A DNA stretch of 64,000 bases from Ignavibacteriota bacterium (GTDB lineage Bacteria; Bacteroidota; Ignavibacteria; UBA10030; SZUA-254): the NCBI GenBank assembly GCA_016212665.1, contig JACREZ010000002.1, positions 15,509 to 79,508 of the forward strand, in the 5' to 3' direction. This document shows, one piece after another, positions 38,729 through 47,392 of the stretch. The notes under the pieces are model-generated. The model saw nothing but the letters and a program-made list of their open reading frames with translations, did not search any database and was not told the origin of the DNA. The translations under genes and the position numbers were made by a program. How positions within the stretch are numbered: position 1 is the first letter of the stretch; the number at the start of each line of letters is the position of its first letter.

Positions 38729-38926
38729 ATGAACTCCGAATCTACATTAAACTGCATTGCCTGTAACCGGACCTCAACTGAAATTCCCTTGATAACATTA
38801 ACGTACCGTGAAGGGACATTCTGTATTTGTCCCCAACATCTACCTGTCTTGATTCATGACCCGCAAATGCTTATCGGCAGACTTCCCGGGGCGGAAACTA
38901 TGCAACCGGCAGACCATCACGATTGA
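38729..38926 (+). CDS. Small Cys/His-rich hypothetical protein
   Basis: CIAC...CICPQH...LIHDP; 65 aa from ATG 38729. Confidence 0.6.
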   Translation: MNSESTLNCIACNRTSTEIPLITLTYREGTFCICPQHLPVLIHDPQMLIGRLPGAETMQPADHHD

Positions 38927-39014
38927 TTTTTCATTAAAAAACCTTGATTCATTACAAAAGTTTTTGTACAATACGGCACAAAAATTCGTGTGGAATAATG
39001 TGAAAAAAACTTCT

Positions 39015-39479
39015 ATGAGAATATTTCCTTTTGTGTTACTCAGTCTGTTGTTCTTTCTGAGTTGCGAGAATGAACAAGTGCCGGTTCAAACATTTTTGAA
39101 CAATCAGGAAACACCGACACAGGAAAGTTTGATTCGTGCAACGACGAACAAATCTTCCTATGGGTTGAATGAAGTTGTTGCAATTACCATTTACAACGGC
39201 TCAGATTCCATTCTCACATTTTCGACATGCTCACAAGTTATCAGCAGGTACATCCAGAAAAAATTCGGAAGCGAATGGAAAGATATTACCGGACGTGGAC
39301 TTCCTTGTACAGGATTTAATCCTTATGGAAAAATTGTCTTGTACCCGCGGCAATCATATCGCTATACAGACGGATATGTTCATTTCGGATATTACCGTTC
39401 ACGATTTCCCTTTACCTTTGGTTCAAAACCCGGAACGTCCTGGTTATACACGAACGAGATTTATGTAGATGGAAACTAA
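39015..39479 (+). CDS. Lipoprotein with Ig-like domain
   Basis: MRIFPFVLLSLLFFLSC lipobox; TNKSSY..NE.V.ITIYN. Confidence 0.65.
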   Translation: MRIFPFVLLSLLFFLSCENEQVPVQTFLNNQETPTQESLIRATTNKSSYGLNEVVAITIYNGSDSILTFSTCSQVISRYIQKKFGSEWKDITGRGLPCTGFNPYGKIVLYPRQSYRYTDGYVHFGYYRSRFPFTFGSKPGTSWLYTNEIYVDGN

Positions 39480-39523
39480 GGAGATTGAATCAATGACGAT
39501 TTAGTCATTGACGATTGTGAAAT

Positions 39524-39556
39524 AAAAAATCCCGATGTATTACGTCGGGATTTTTT
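39524..39556. terminator. Bidirectional terminator
   Basis: AAAAAATCCCGATGTA-T-TACGTCGGGATTTTTT between the convergent lipoprotein gene and tRNA-Val. Confidence 0.85.
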
Positions 39557-39560
39557 GTTG

Positions 39561-39635
39561 TGGGCGCTACTGGGATCGAACCAGTGACCTTACGCGTGTG
39601 AGGCGTACGCTCTGAACCAGCTGAGCTAAGCGCCC
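39561..39635 (-). tRNA. tRNA-Val(CAC)
   Basis: GGGCGCTTAGCTCAGCTGGTTCAGAGCGTACGCCT-CAC-ACGCGTAAGGTCACTGGTTCGATCCCAGTAGCGCCCA. Confidence 0.97.
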
Positions 39636-39673
39636 GAATTGCGTTGCCAAGTTACAGAATTCCTCTGAGAAAT

Positions 39674-41713
39674 TCAAACAGCATCTTCTGCAAAATATTC
39701 CTGAATCTTTCCTGCAACTTTCTCTCCAACTATCTCGACCAACTGTTCATGCGTTGCAAACTTCACCCCTTGAACAGAACCGAAAGTTTCAAGCAACTCC
39801 TGTGCACGTTTCTTTCCGATGCCTTCAATCAAATCAAGTTCTGTTTGAAGTGTACGTTTCGCTCTTAACGTTCGGTGATAGGTGATTGCGAACCGGTGCG
39901 CTTCATCCCGGATTTGTTGCAACAGTTTCAATCCCGAAGATGTTCGTGGAATGTTTTGCGGCTCATCAGATTCCGGTATGAAAACTTCTTCCAATCGCTT
40001 TGCTAATCCGATAATTGATAGTTTTGAGTTTTGAGTTTTGGGTTTTGAGTCTCTTGTTCTTTGATTTTCGTTTGCAATTTCTTGTAACTCCATTACTCCA
40101 ATACTCCCAAACTCCAATACTCCATCGTTGAGATTCGCCCCCACTCCCTCGCTCCCTCGCTCCCTTGCCTCAGTTTGTAAAAGATTCCCGTCCTCCCGAA
40201 GTCCCAAACGAACTAAGACAGAGACCGCCGACGAAAGTTGCCCCTTCCCTCCATCCACCATAATCAAATCAGGGAACTCACCTTGCTCTTCAAGCAGGCG
40301 GGAGTATCGCCGCTCGATGACTTCTCTCATGCTCGCAAAATCATCGGGACCTTGCACGGATTGTATTTTGAATTTTCTGTATTCAGACTTCCTTGGCTTT
40401 CCATCAACAAACACCACCATCGAAGCAACTGAATCGCTTCCTTGAATATTGGAAATATCGAAGCACTCGATTTTTCGCGGCGGCTTTTTCAAACGTAAAT
40501 CCCGTTGAAGCGCAATAACAGAATGAGGAATGTAATCATCCCGCTTCATCTTTTGCGCTTTCCATTCACCAAGAAGCAACTCGGCATTCTTCTTACATAA
40601 ATTCAGCAGGCGAACTTTCTCACCGATTTTCGGAATGATGAGATGAACTTTCTTATCAATCTTCTGGCTCAGCCATTGCGCCATCGGCTCATGACTTTCG
40701 ATTTCTACCGGAAGCAATACCTCCGACGGAATATCTTCCGCATCGAGATAATAGCGTTGAACAAACTGTTCGATGATTTCCGTTTCGGCTTTGTGCTCGA
40801 CTCCACTCATGTACACATGATGCTTGCCGCTCAGTTTTCCTTCCCGAACTTTCAAGACAACTCCACAAGCATCATTTCCTTCAATTGCAACATTGAATAA
40901 ATCCCTATCATCCAACTCAGCATCAATAATTTTTTGGCGTTCGGTATAAACGCTGAGTTGTTTGATTCGGTCACGCATTTCCGCCGCTTCCTCGAAGCGT
41001 AATTCTTCCGCCGCTTTCTGCATTTGTTCCTGTAATGAATGAACAAGACTCGAAGATTTTCCTTTGATGACCTGCACCACTTCGTGAATCATCTCGTTGT
41101 ATTTTTCCTGCGAGATAATTCCTTCACATGGTCCGTCGCATTTCTTGATGTGGTAATCGAGGCAGACTTTAATTTTTCGTTTCTTGATTGACTCCTCATT
41201 GATGAGATAATTACAACTCCGCACTTTGAAAATCTCCCGAATCATCTTCAATGATGCGCGCATGTTCTTCACATCGGTGTACGGACCGAAATACTTTGAA
41301 CCGTCTTTGAACACTCTTCTTGTTACAAACACACGTGGAAACGGCTCGTTCGTTACGACAATGAACGGGTAACTTTTATCATCCTTCAAATCTACATTGT
41401 AACGCGGCTTGAGTTTTTTGATGAGTGTCGCTTCGAGTATTAACGCCTCAACCTCCGAGTCAGTCACGAACAATTCAACGTCACGGATTTTTGAAATCAT
41501 TGCATCAAGACGCGGCTCGTTCTTGCGTGACTTGTGGAAATACTGCCTCACCCGATTTCTGAGAATGACTGCCTTCCCGACATACAACACTTTCCCCTCA
41601 GCATCTTTGAATTGATACACTCCCGGTTTATTCGGTAAGTTGTCTAACTTTTCAGATAGTGCGACCTCCTCATCGGTAACGTTTATTGTTATGTTTGATT
41701 GCTCTTCCATCAT
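39674..41713 (-). CDS. uvrC: Excinuclease ABC subunit C, with a repeat-derived insertion
   Basis: PGVYQF..LYVGKA..LRNRV (GIY-YIG), [24 protein letters not shown], HhH GIGKK. Confidence 0.97.
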   Translation of the reverse strand: MMEEQSNITINVTDEEVALSEKLDNLPNKPGVYQFKDAEGKVLYVGKAVILRNRVRQYFHKSRKNEPRLDAMISKIRDVELFVTDSEVEALILEATLIKKLKPRYNVDLKDDKSYPFIVVTNEPFPRVFVTRRVFKDGSKYFGPYTDVKNMRASLKMIREIFKVRSCNYLINEESIKKRKIKVCLDYHIKKCDGPCEGIISQEKYNEMIHEVVQVIKGKSSSLVHSLQEQMQKAAEELRFEEAAEMRDRIKQLSVYTERQKIIDAELDDRDLFNVAIEGNDACGVVLKVREGKLSGKHHVYMSGVEHKAETEIIEQFVQRYYLDAEDIPSEVLLPVEIESHEPMAQWLSQKIDKKVHLIIPKIGEKVRLLNLCKKNAELLLGEWKAQKMKRDDYIPHSVIALQRDLRLKKPPRKIECFDISNIQGSDSVASMVVFVDGKPRKSEYRKFKIQSVQGPDDFASMREVIERRYSRLLEEQGEFPDLIMVDGGKGQLSSAVSVLVRLGLREDGNLLQTEARERGSEGVGANLNDGVLEFGSIGVMELQEIANENQRTRDSKPKTQNSKLSIIGLAKRLEEVFIPESDEPQNIPRTSSGLKLLQQIRDEAHRFAITYHRTLRAKRTLQTELDLIEGIGKKRAQELLETFGSVQGVKFATHEQLVEIVGEKVAGKIQEYFAEDAV
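40021..40165. repeat. Three short tandem arrays inside uvrC
   Basis: (GTTTTGR)x4 at 40021-40048; ACTCC-based octamer x5 at 40087-40126; (CRCTCCCT)x3 at 40142-40165. Confidence 0.9.
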
Positions 41714-42111
41714 TTATTCTGTTTTTGACTGAGTTCAATCAAAACACCGTTGGTTGATTTCGGATGCAGAAATGCAATCAAATACCCACCTGCGCCAACA
41801 CGAGGCTTTTCATCAATCAATTGGAAGCCTTCATTTTTCAGTCGAACCAACTCGCTGACAATATCATCCACTTCAAACGAAAGATGATGAACGCCCTCAC
41901 CCCGTTTCTCTATGAACTTTGCAATCGGAGAATCGGGCGCAGTGGCTTCTGTCAATTCAATTGAAGCATTTTCGACGTGACAAAATCCGACTCGAACTTT
42001 TTGGTCAGCAACTTCTTCCGTTGGTATGTGTTGGATGTTAAAGAGTTTTGAGAATAACTTCGTTGCTTCTTCTAAACTTTTGACGGCAATTCCTGCGTGA
42101 GAGAGTTTCAT
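41710..42111 (-). CDS. mce: Methylmalonyl-CoA epimerase
   Basis: [39 protein letters not shown]. Confidence 0.92.
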   Translation of the reverse strand: MKLSHAGIAVKSLEEATKLFSKLFNIQHIPTEEVADQKVRVGFCHVENASIELTEATAPDSPIAKFIEKRGEGVHHLSFEVDDIVSELVRLKNEGFQLIDEKPRVGAGGYLIAFLHPKSTNGVLIELSQKQNK

Positions 42112-42308
42112 GGTTAATAAGAGAAATCGTTGTTAATTATTGCCGGAGAATCTACATATTTTTCCTTGATTGAAAAAGCAAAACGGCGTTTGTAGCCTGA
42201 TTGGAATTCGTGTCGGATTGTGGTATATTCTCAACGCAATTCCCGCTTTTGATGAGCGGGATTCTTTTTGTTATGAAGTCAAATCAATTGAAAATCACGT
42301 AACTCTGC

Positions 42309-44108
42309 ATGGAGCATCTTAGAAACTTTTGCATCATTGCCCACATTGACCATGGAAAGTCCACTATAGCCGACCGGCTTCTCGAACGAACGGGAACAAT
42401 TACCGCTCGTGAGATGAAGTTCAATCAGGTGTTGGACGACATGGAACTTGAGCAGGAGCGCGGCATTACCATCAAACTCCATGCGATTCAGATGAAGTAC
42501 AAGGCGCAGGATAAAAAGGATTACACCCTCAACCTGATTGATACTCCCGGTCACGTGGATTTTTCTTACGAGGTTTCCCGCTCGCTTGCCGCGTGCGAAG
42601 GCGCTCTACTTGTAGTTGATGCCTCACAAGGAGTTGAAGCGCAAACCATCAGCAATCTCTACCTTGCAATTGAAGCCGGATTGGAAATCATTCCGGTTAT
42701 CAACAAAATTGATTTACCCGCTTCAATGGTTGATTCAGTTAAACAACAAATTATTGATTTGCTCGGATGCAAAGAGGAAGAAATTCTTCTCACAAGTGCG
42801 AAGATGAAAATCGGGATTGATGATATTCTTGAAGCGGTTGTAAAGCGTATCCCTCCTCCGAAAGGAAATCTATCAGCCCCACTTACTGCACTTATTTTCG
42901 ATTCCATCTTCGATGGCTATCGCGGTTCGATTGTTTATATCAGAGTTGTGGATGGTGTTTTAAAAGAAGGTGACCGGGTGAAGTTCTTTGCAACAAATAA
43001 AATATTTGATGCCGAAGAAGTTGGCGTGCTCGAAATGCAGAGAGTTCGAACCGGTGTGTTAAATTCAGGCGACGTCGGGTATCTCATTCCCGGGGCGAGA
43101 GATGTTCACGATACGAAAGTCGGTGACACCTTAACGAATGCGGATAATCCCGCCGCAGGACAATTGCCCGGCTACAAAGAAGCCAAGCCGATGGTGTTTG
43201 CCGGATTGTATCCCGTGAATGCTGACAACTTTTCTGAACTGAGAGATTCTTTAGAGAAACTCCGGATGAATGATGCATCACTCATCTTCGAACCGGAATC
43301 TTCTGTCGCACTTGGATTTGGTTTTCGTGCGGGATTTCTTGGCTTGCTTCACATGGAAATTATTCAGGAGCGACTTGAACGGGAATTCCAACAAGAACTT
43401 ATCACTACTGTTCCGAACGTCGAGTATAGGGTTATCAAAACAAACAAGGAAGTTGTGTTGGTTGATAATCCCGCGTTGATGCCTCCTGCCGTCGAGATTG
43501 AACATGTTGAAGAGCCAATCATTTCCGCACAGATAATCGCTCCGACCGAATACATCGGCAACATTATGAAGTTGTGTACAGACCGTCGTGGAGTTTACAA
43601 AAATACAACTTATTTGACTCCAACCCGTGCTGACATTCGCTATGAGATGCCTCTCTCGGAAATCATTTTTGATTTTTATGATAAACTCAAATCCACAACT
43701 CGCGGTTACGCCTCACTCGATTACGAGTTCTTGGAATATCGCGAGTCGGAATTAATCAAACTCGATATTCTTCTCAATGGAGAATCCGTAGATGCACTCT
43801 CTACGATTGTTCATCGCGATAAGGCGTATGAATGGGGAAAGAAACTGTGTGGCAAACTCAGGAAATTGATTCCCCGGCAGATGTTTGAAGTTGTCATACA
43901 AGCGGCAATTGGAAGTAAAGTCATTGCCCGCGATTCAATTTCAGCGATGCGCAAGAATGTTATTGCCAAATGTTACGGGGGAGATATTTCAAGAAAAAGA
44001 AAGTTGCTTGAGAAACAAAAGGAAGGCAAAAAGCGTATGAAACAAGTGGGTCGTGTCGAGATACCACAAGAAGCATTCTTGGCAGTGCTCTCAATGGAAG
44101 AAGATTAG
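42309..44108 (+). CDS. lepA: Elongation factor 4
   Basis: [48 protein letters not shown]. Confidence 0.98.
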   Translation: MEHLRNFCIIAHIDHGKSTIADRLLERTGTITAREMKFNQVLDDMELEQERGITIKLHAIQMKYKAQDKKDYTLNLIDTPGHVDFSYEVSRSLAACEGALLVVDASQGVEAQTISNLYLAIEAGLEIIPVINKIDLPASMVDSVKQQIIDLLGCKEEEILLTSAKMKIGIDDILEAVVKRIPPPKGNLSAPLTALIFDSIFDGYRGSIVYIRVVDGVLKEGDRVKFFATNKIFDAEEVGVLEMQRVRTGVLNSGDVGYLIPGARDVHDTKVGDTLTNADNPAAGQLPGYKEAKPMVFAGLYPVNADNFSELRDSLEKLRMNDASLIFEPESSVALGFGFRAGFLGLLHMEIIQERLEREFQQELITTVPNVEYRVIKTNKEVVLVDNPALMPPAVEIEHVEEPIISAQIIAPTEYIGNIMKLCTDRRGVYKNTTYLTPTRADIRYEMPLSEIIFDFYDKLKSTTRGYASLDYEFLEYRESELIKLDILLNGESVDALSTIVHRDKAYEWGKKLCGKLRKLIPRQMFEVVIQAAIGSKVIARDSISAMRKNVIAKCYGGDISRKRKLLEKQKEGKKRMKQVGRVEIPQEAFLAVLSMEED

Positions 44109-44127
44109 AACAACATTTATCAATAAA

Positions 44128-45219
44128 ATGAAAAAAAAAATAACAAAAAAAGAGTTCTACGAAAGAAAACTTAGGAATGCAAAAAAATGGTTACTAGGTG
44201 GACTTTTTATAACGGTGTTTACCTATTTTTTCCCCCTTGGTAATTATTATATCTTGGCATGGGGACCAATTATTTTTGGTTTATATGATTACATCGTTGC
44301 TCGGTATAATTATTTCAAGTACGAACATAGCGATGAATATATTGAAGTAAAAGAGGAACTTTCGTTTTCTAAGAAAACAAAAGCATTTGCACGTGAAATG
44401 GCAGTTGTTTTTAGTATCTTTCTTGTCCTGAACAGTTTCGTCATTGCTTCGTTCGAAGTACCGACCGGCTCAATGGAAAACGAAATCATGACCGGAGATT
44501 TTCTCCTCGTAAACAAATTTGTGTTCGGCGGAACAACTCCAAGAACTATTCCTTTAACGAATATTAAAATTCCTGCTTTCAAACTTCCATCCTTTTGGGA
44601 AGTTGAGCGTGGCGATGTGATAGTGTTTATCTTCCCCGGCTACCGAGAAGAAGTTGAAGCCGACATGTTTGCATATTATTTGAAACGTTGCATTGCCGTT
44701 GCCGGTGATACATTGCAAATCAAAAACAGAGTCGTCTATGTGAATGGTGTACCTGCGCCAATTCCTGAGAACATGAAATTCAACTCACCAATGTTGCACG
44801 GTCAGGGAATGGTTGATGAACGAATCTTCCCGAAAGGCGCACCTTTCAATGAAGACAACTACGGTCCTATTATTATTCCAAAACAAGGTCAAGTCATTCC
44901 GTTGACTCCTGAAAATTATTTTGTGTGGGAAACATTTATCAAACGTGAAGGGCATTCAATTTCGATGCGCGGCGGGCAAATCCAAGTTGATGGTCAGGCA
45001 GTAACAAGTTACACAGTCGGACGTGATTATGTTTTCGGAATGGGTGACAACCGTGACAACAGTTTGGACAGCCGCTTTTGGGGTTTTATTCCAAAGGATG
45101 ATGTCATCGGTACACCGCTGATTGTCTATTGGTCATGGAATCCCGATTTATCATTATTTAATATCTTCGATAAGTTGGCGACGGTTCGATGGAATAGAAT
45201 CGGGACGTTAGTAGATTAA
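44128..45219 (+). CDS. lepB: Signal peptidase I with an extra N-terminal membrane domain
   Basis: VPTGSME (catalytic Ser), YLKRC (Lys), GDNRDNSLDSRFWG; start placed at ATG 44128. Confidence 0.9.
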   Translation: MKKKITKKEFYERKLRNAKKWLLGGLFITVFTYFFPLGNYYILAWGPIIFGLYDYIVARYNYFKYEHSDEYIEVKEELSFSKKTKAFAREMAVVFSIFLVLNSFVIASFEVPTGSMENEIMTGDFLLVNKFVFGGTTPRTIPLTNIKIPAFKLPSFWEVERGDVIVFIFPGYREEVEADMFAYYLKRCIAVAGDTLQIKNRVVYVNGVPAPIPENMKFNSPMLHGQGMVDERIFPKGAPFNEDNYGPIIIPKQGQVIPLTPENYFVWETFIKREGHSISMRGGQIQVDGQAVTSYTVGRDYVFGMGDNRDNSLDSRFWGFIPKDDVIGTPLIVYWSWNPDLSLFNIFDKLATVRWNRIGTLVD

Positions 45220-45227
45220 GACAGAAA

Positions 45228-45253
45228 AGGACAGAAACAGATTTCTGTCCTAC
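45228..45253 (-). repeat. Single GTAG-type REP hairpin
   Basis: GTAG-GACAGAAA-TCTG-TTTCTGTCCT on the minus strand. Confidence 0.8.
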
Positions 45254-45338
45254 TATTTTTTTTTGAATGGTGTAATTTGGAACTGCAATTTCCTCATTCG
45301 TGTTGTCTATCCGTCCGAAATTCATTCACAAATAATTC

Positions 45339-46166
45339 ATGTTGCGGTTTAGAGATTTAGCAATCATTTTTACGGTGACCATAGTCGCCGCGTTGTTTTT
45401 GAAGATGTTCGTTCTCGAAGCGGTTTTCATTCCATCTGCTTCGATGGAAGAGACACTTCTGCCGGGAGATTTCGTGCTTGTGAATAAACTCAGTCTTAGT
45501 TCAGCATCATCTTCGTCTTCAAGTCTCAACGCTACAATTCCCTTTCTTTCATTTTCTAAACAAGTAGATGTTGAACGAGGCGATGTTGTGGTATTCAGAT
45601 TCCCCGGAACGGCAGAAAAATCTGTCTTGGCAAAAGACGATTTACTTGTGAAACGATGTGTTGCCAAAGGCGGTGACCTCCTTGAAATTTCCAAAGGAAG
45701 TATTTGGGTGAACGGAGAGCGTAAAGCGTTCATCGAAGGAAATCCTTCTTTACGTTCGGAGACAAAACTCTTTCCTCCAAATGAAAATTTTACTTTCAAT
45801 AATTACGGTCCGATTCGGATTCCGAAACAAGGGGACATTATTCTTCTCACAAAAGAAACGTACCAGCAATGGGAAAATCTCATTCGTTCGGAAGGACATT
45901 CGGTCTCTTGGTCTGATGTGCGTGGCTGTTTACTCGACGGACAACCTGTTGAAACGTACGTCATCAAAGAAAATTATTTGTTTATGCTCGGAGATAATTT
46001 CTTTCATAGTTACGACAGTCGCTTTTGGGGATTTCTCCCTGAGAAAAATGTCATCGGTGACGCAGCAATTGTGTATTGGTCGTTGGAAGAGAATCACCGC
46101 AGTAAATCCGTTTCCGATTTCCTTGGTTCTATTCGTTGGGGTCGAATCGGAATGTTCATCAATTAG
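45339..46166 (+). CDS. lepB: Second signal peptidase I
   Basis: IPSASME, LVKRC, GDNFFHSYDSRFWG. Confidence 0.88.
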   Translation: MLRFRDLAIIFTVTIVAALFLKMFVLEAVFIPSASMEETLLPGDFVLVNKLSLSSASSSSSSLNATIPFLSFSKQVDVERGDVVVFRFPGTAEKSVLAKDDLLVKRCVAKGGDLLEISKGSIWVNGERKAFIEGNPSLRSETKLFPPNENFTFNNYGPIRIPKQGDIILLTKETYQQWENLIRSEGHSVSWSDVRGCLLDGQPVETYVIKENYLFMLGDNFFHSYDSRFWGFLPEKNVIGDAAIVYWSLEENHRSKSVSDFLGSIRWGRIGMFIN

Positions 46167-46177
46167 AAATTTAAATA

Positions 46178-47317
46178 ATGTCGAGTATCTACCTCCATAT
46201 TCCCTTCTGCGAGCGCAAATGTATCTACTGTGATTTTTACTCGATTGAAAATCTCAAGCCGATGCTGACATTCGTCGAGGCATTGCAAAAAGAGATTTCG
46301 ATGTATAAATCATATTCTCATCGCGAAAAAGTCGAGACAATATTTTTCGGCGGCGGAACTCCTTCCCTCCTCTCCGATGATTCACTGAAAAGAATTTTTG
46401 AGACGCTTCACCAAAATTATGAAATCAATCCCGACGCTGAAATTACTCTCGAAGCAAATCCGGGAACTGTGGATGAAACGAAATTACGTTCGTTCATCAA
46501 TGTGGGCATTAATCGTTTGAGTTTCGGGGTTCAATCATTCCATCAAAATGAACTTGAGTTTCTTGGAAGAATACATAACAGTGAACAGGCAATGAACAGC
46601 GTCAAGTCGGCACAGGATGTTGGATTTGAGAACATCAACATTGATTTGATTTATTCGCTCCCCCAACAATCAATGAAGAATTGGGAAGAAACACTTGAGA
46701 AAGCGCTTGCATTGAAAACACAGCACATTTCTGCTTACAGTTTGATTGTCGAACCGAACACTCCGCTACACCGGATGGTTGAATTAAAACAAATTACTCC
46801 ATCTCCAACCGAACAGGAAGCCGAGATGTATGAATTTACCATGAAGTATTTACAAGAGCGCGGCTTTATCCATTATGAAGTTTCAAATTATGCCCGTCCC
46901 GGATTTGAAAGTAAACATAATTCAAATTACTGGAATCATACAAACTATTTGGGTTTCGGTCCGTCGGCTCATTCATTCTGGGCAAATCGTCGTTGGTGGA
47001 ATGTAAAGAATCTTCAACTCTACATCGAACGGATTGCCAACGAAACATTTCCAACAGAATCGGAAGAAACACTTTCGAACACTCAGTTGCTCGATGAAGC
47101 AATTATGCTTGGATTGAGAAGCAACAGTCTCGATTTACGAACAATTGAACAGCGGTTTGGTGTCAATCTTCGTCAGGTTCATCAAGCCAAAATTCAAGAA
47201 CTCGTTGCTTCTAAACTTGCAGTGTTCAAAGGAAACAAATTACATCTGACTGACAACGGATTTCTGCTCTGCGATAGCATTGCCGAGTCACTGCTAATTC
47301 AACTTCAGGCGGCGTAA
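46178..47317 (+). CDS. hemW: Radical SAM heme chaperone HemW
   Basis: YLHIPFCERKCIYCDF, FGGGTPS, EANP, YEVSNYA, HNSNYW. Confidence 0.93.
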   Translation: MSSIYLHIPFCERKCIYCDFYSIENLKPMLTFVEALQKEISMYKSYSHREKVETIFFGGGTPSLLSDDSLKRIFETLHQNYEINPDAEITLEANPGTVDETKLRSFINVGINRLSFGVQSFHQNELEFLGRIHNSEQAMNSVKSAQDVGFENINIDLIYSLPQQSMKNWEETLEKALALKTQHISAYSLIVEPNTPLHRMVELKQITPSPTEQEAEMYEFTMKYLQERGFIHYEVSNYARPGFESKHNSNYWNHTNYLGFGPSAHSFWANRRWWNVKNLQLYIERIANETFPTESEETLSNTQLLDEAIMLGLRSNSLDLRTIEQRFGVNLRQVHQAKIQELVASKLAVFKGNKLHLTDNGFLLCDSIAESLLIQLQAA

Positions 47318-47392
47318 GTCGCTTGTAAATAGTGCTGAATTCTTCTATATTGTCACGCTTTTTTATTACATAATCAAACTGATTTTGCAAAT

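Noticed and set aside
39481..39520. Weak 8-nt periodicity (GAGATTGA ATCAATGA CGATTTAG) after the lipoprotein gene
   Set aside because: Too degenerate to call, although it may be a decayed member of the repeat class.
38672..39560. Genes beyond the 3' end of tRNA-Val as an integrated island
   Set aside because: No integrase and no duplicated tRNA 3' end were seen; a normal bidirectional terminator follows the tRNA.
44053..44127. GTG start of lepB overlapping lepA
   Set aside because: It overlaps the conserved lepA C-terminus; ATG 44128 after the lepA stop is more plausible.
45492..45527. Poly-Ser stretch in the second lepB
   Set aside because: Mixed Ser codons with no clear periodicity, in a variable loop.
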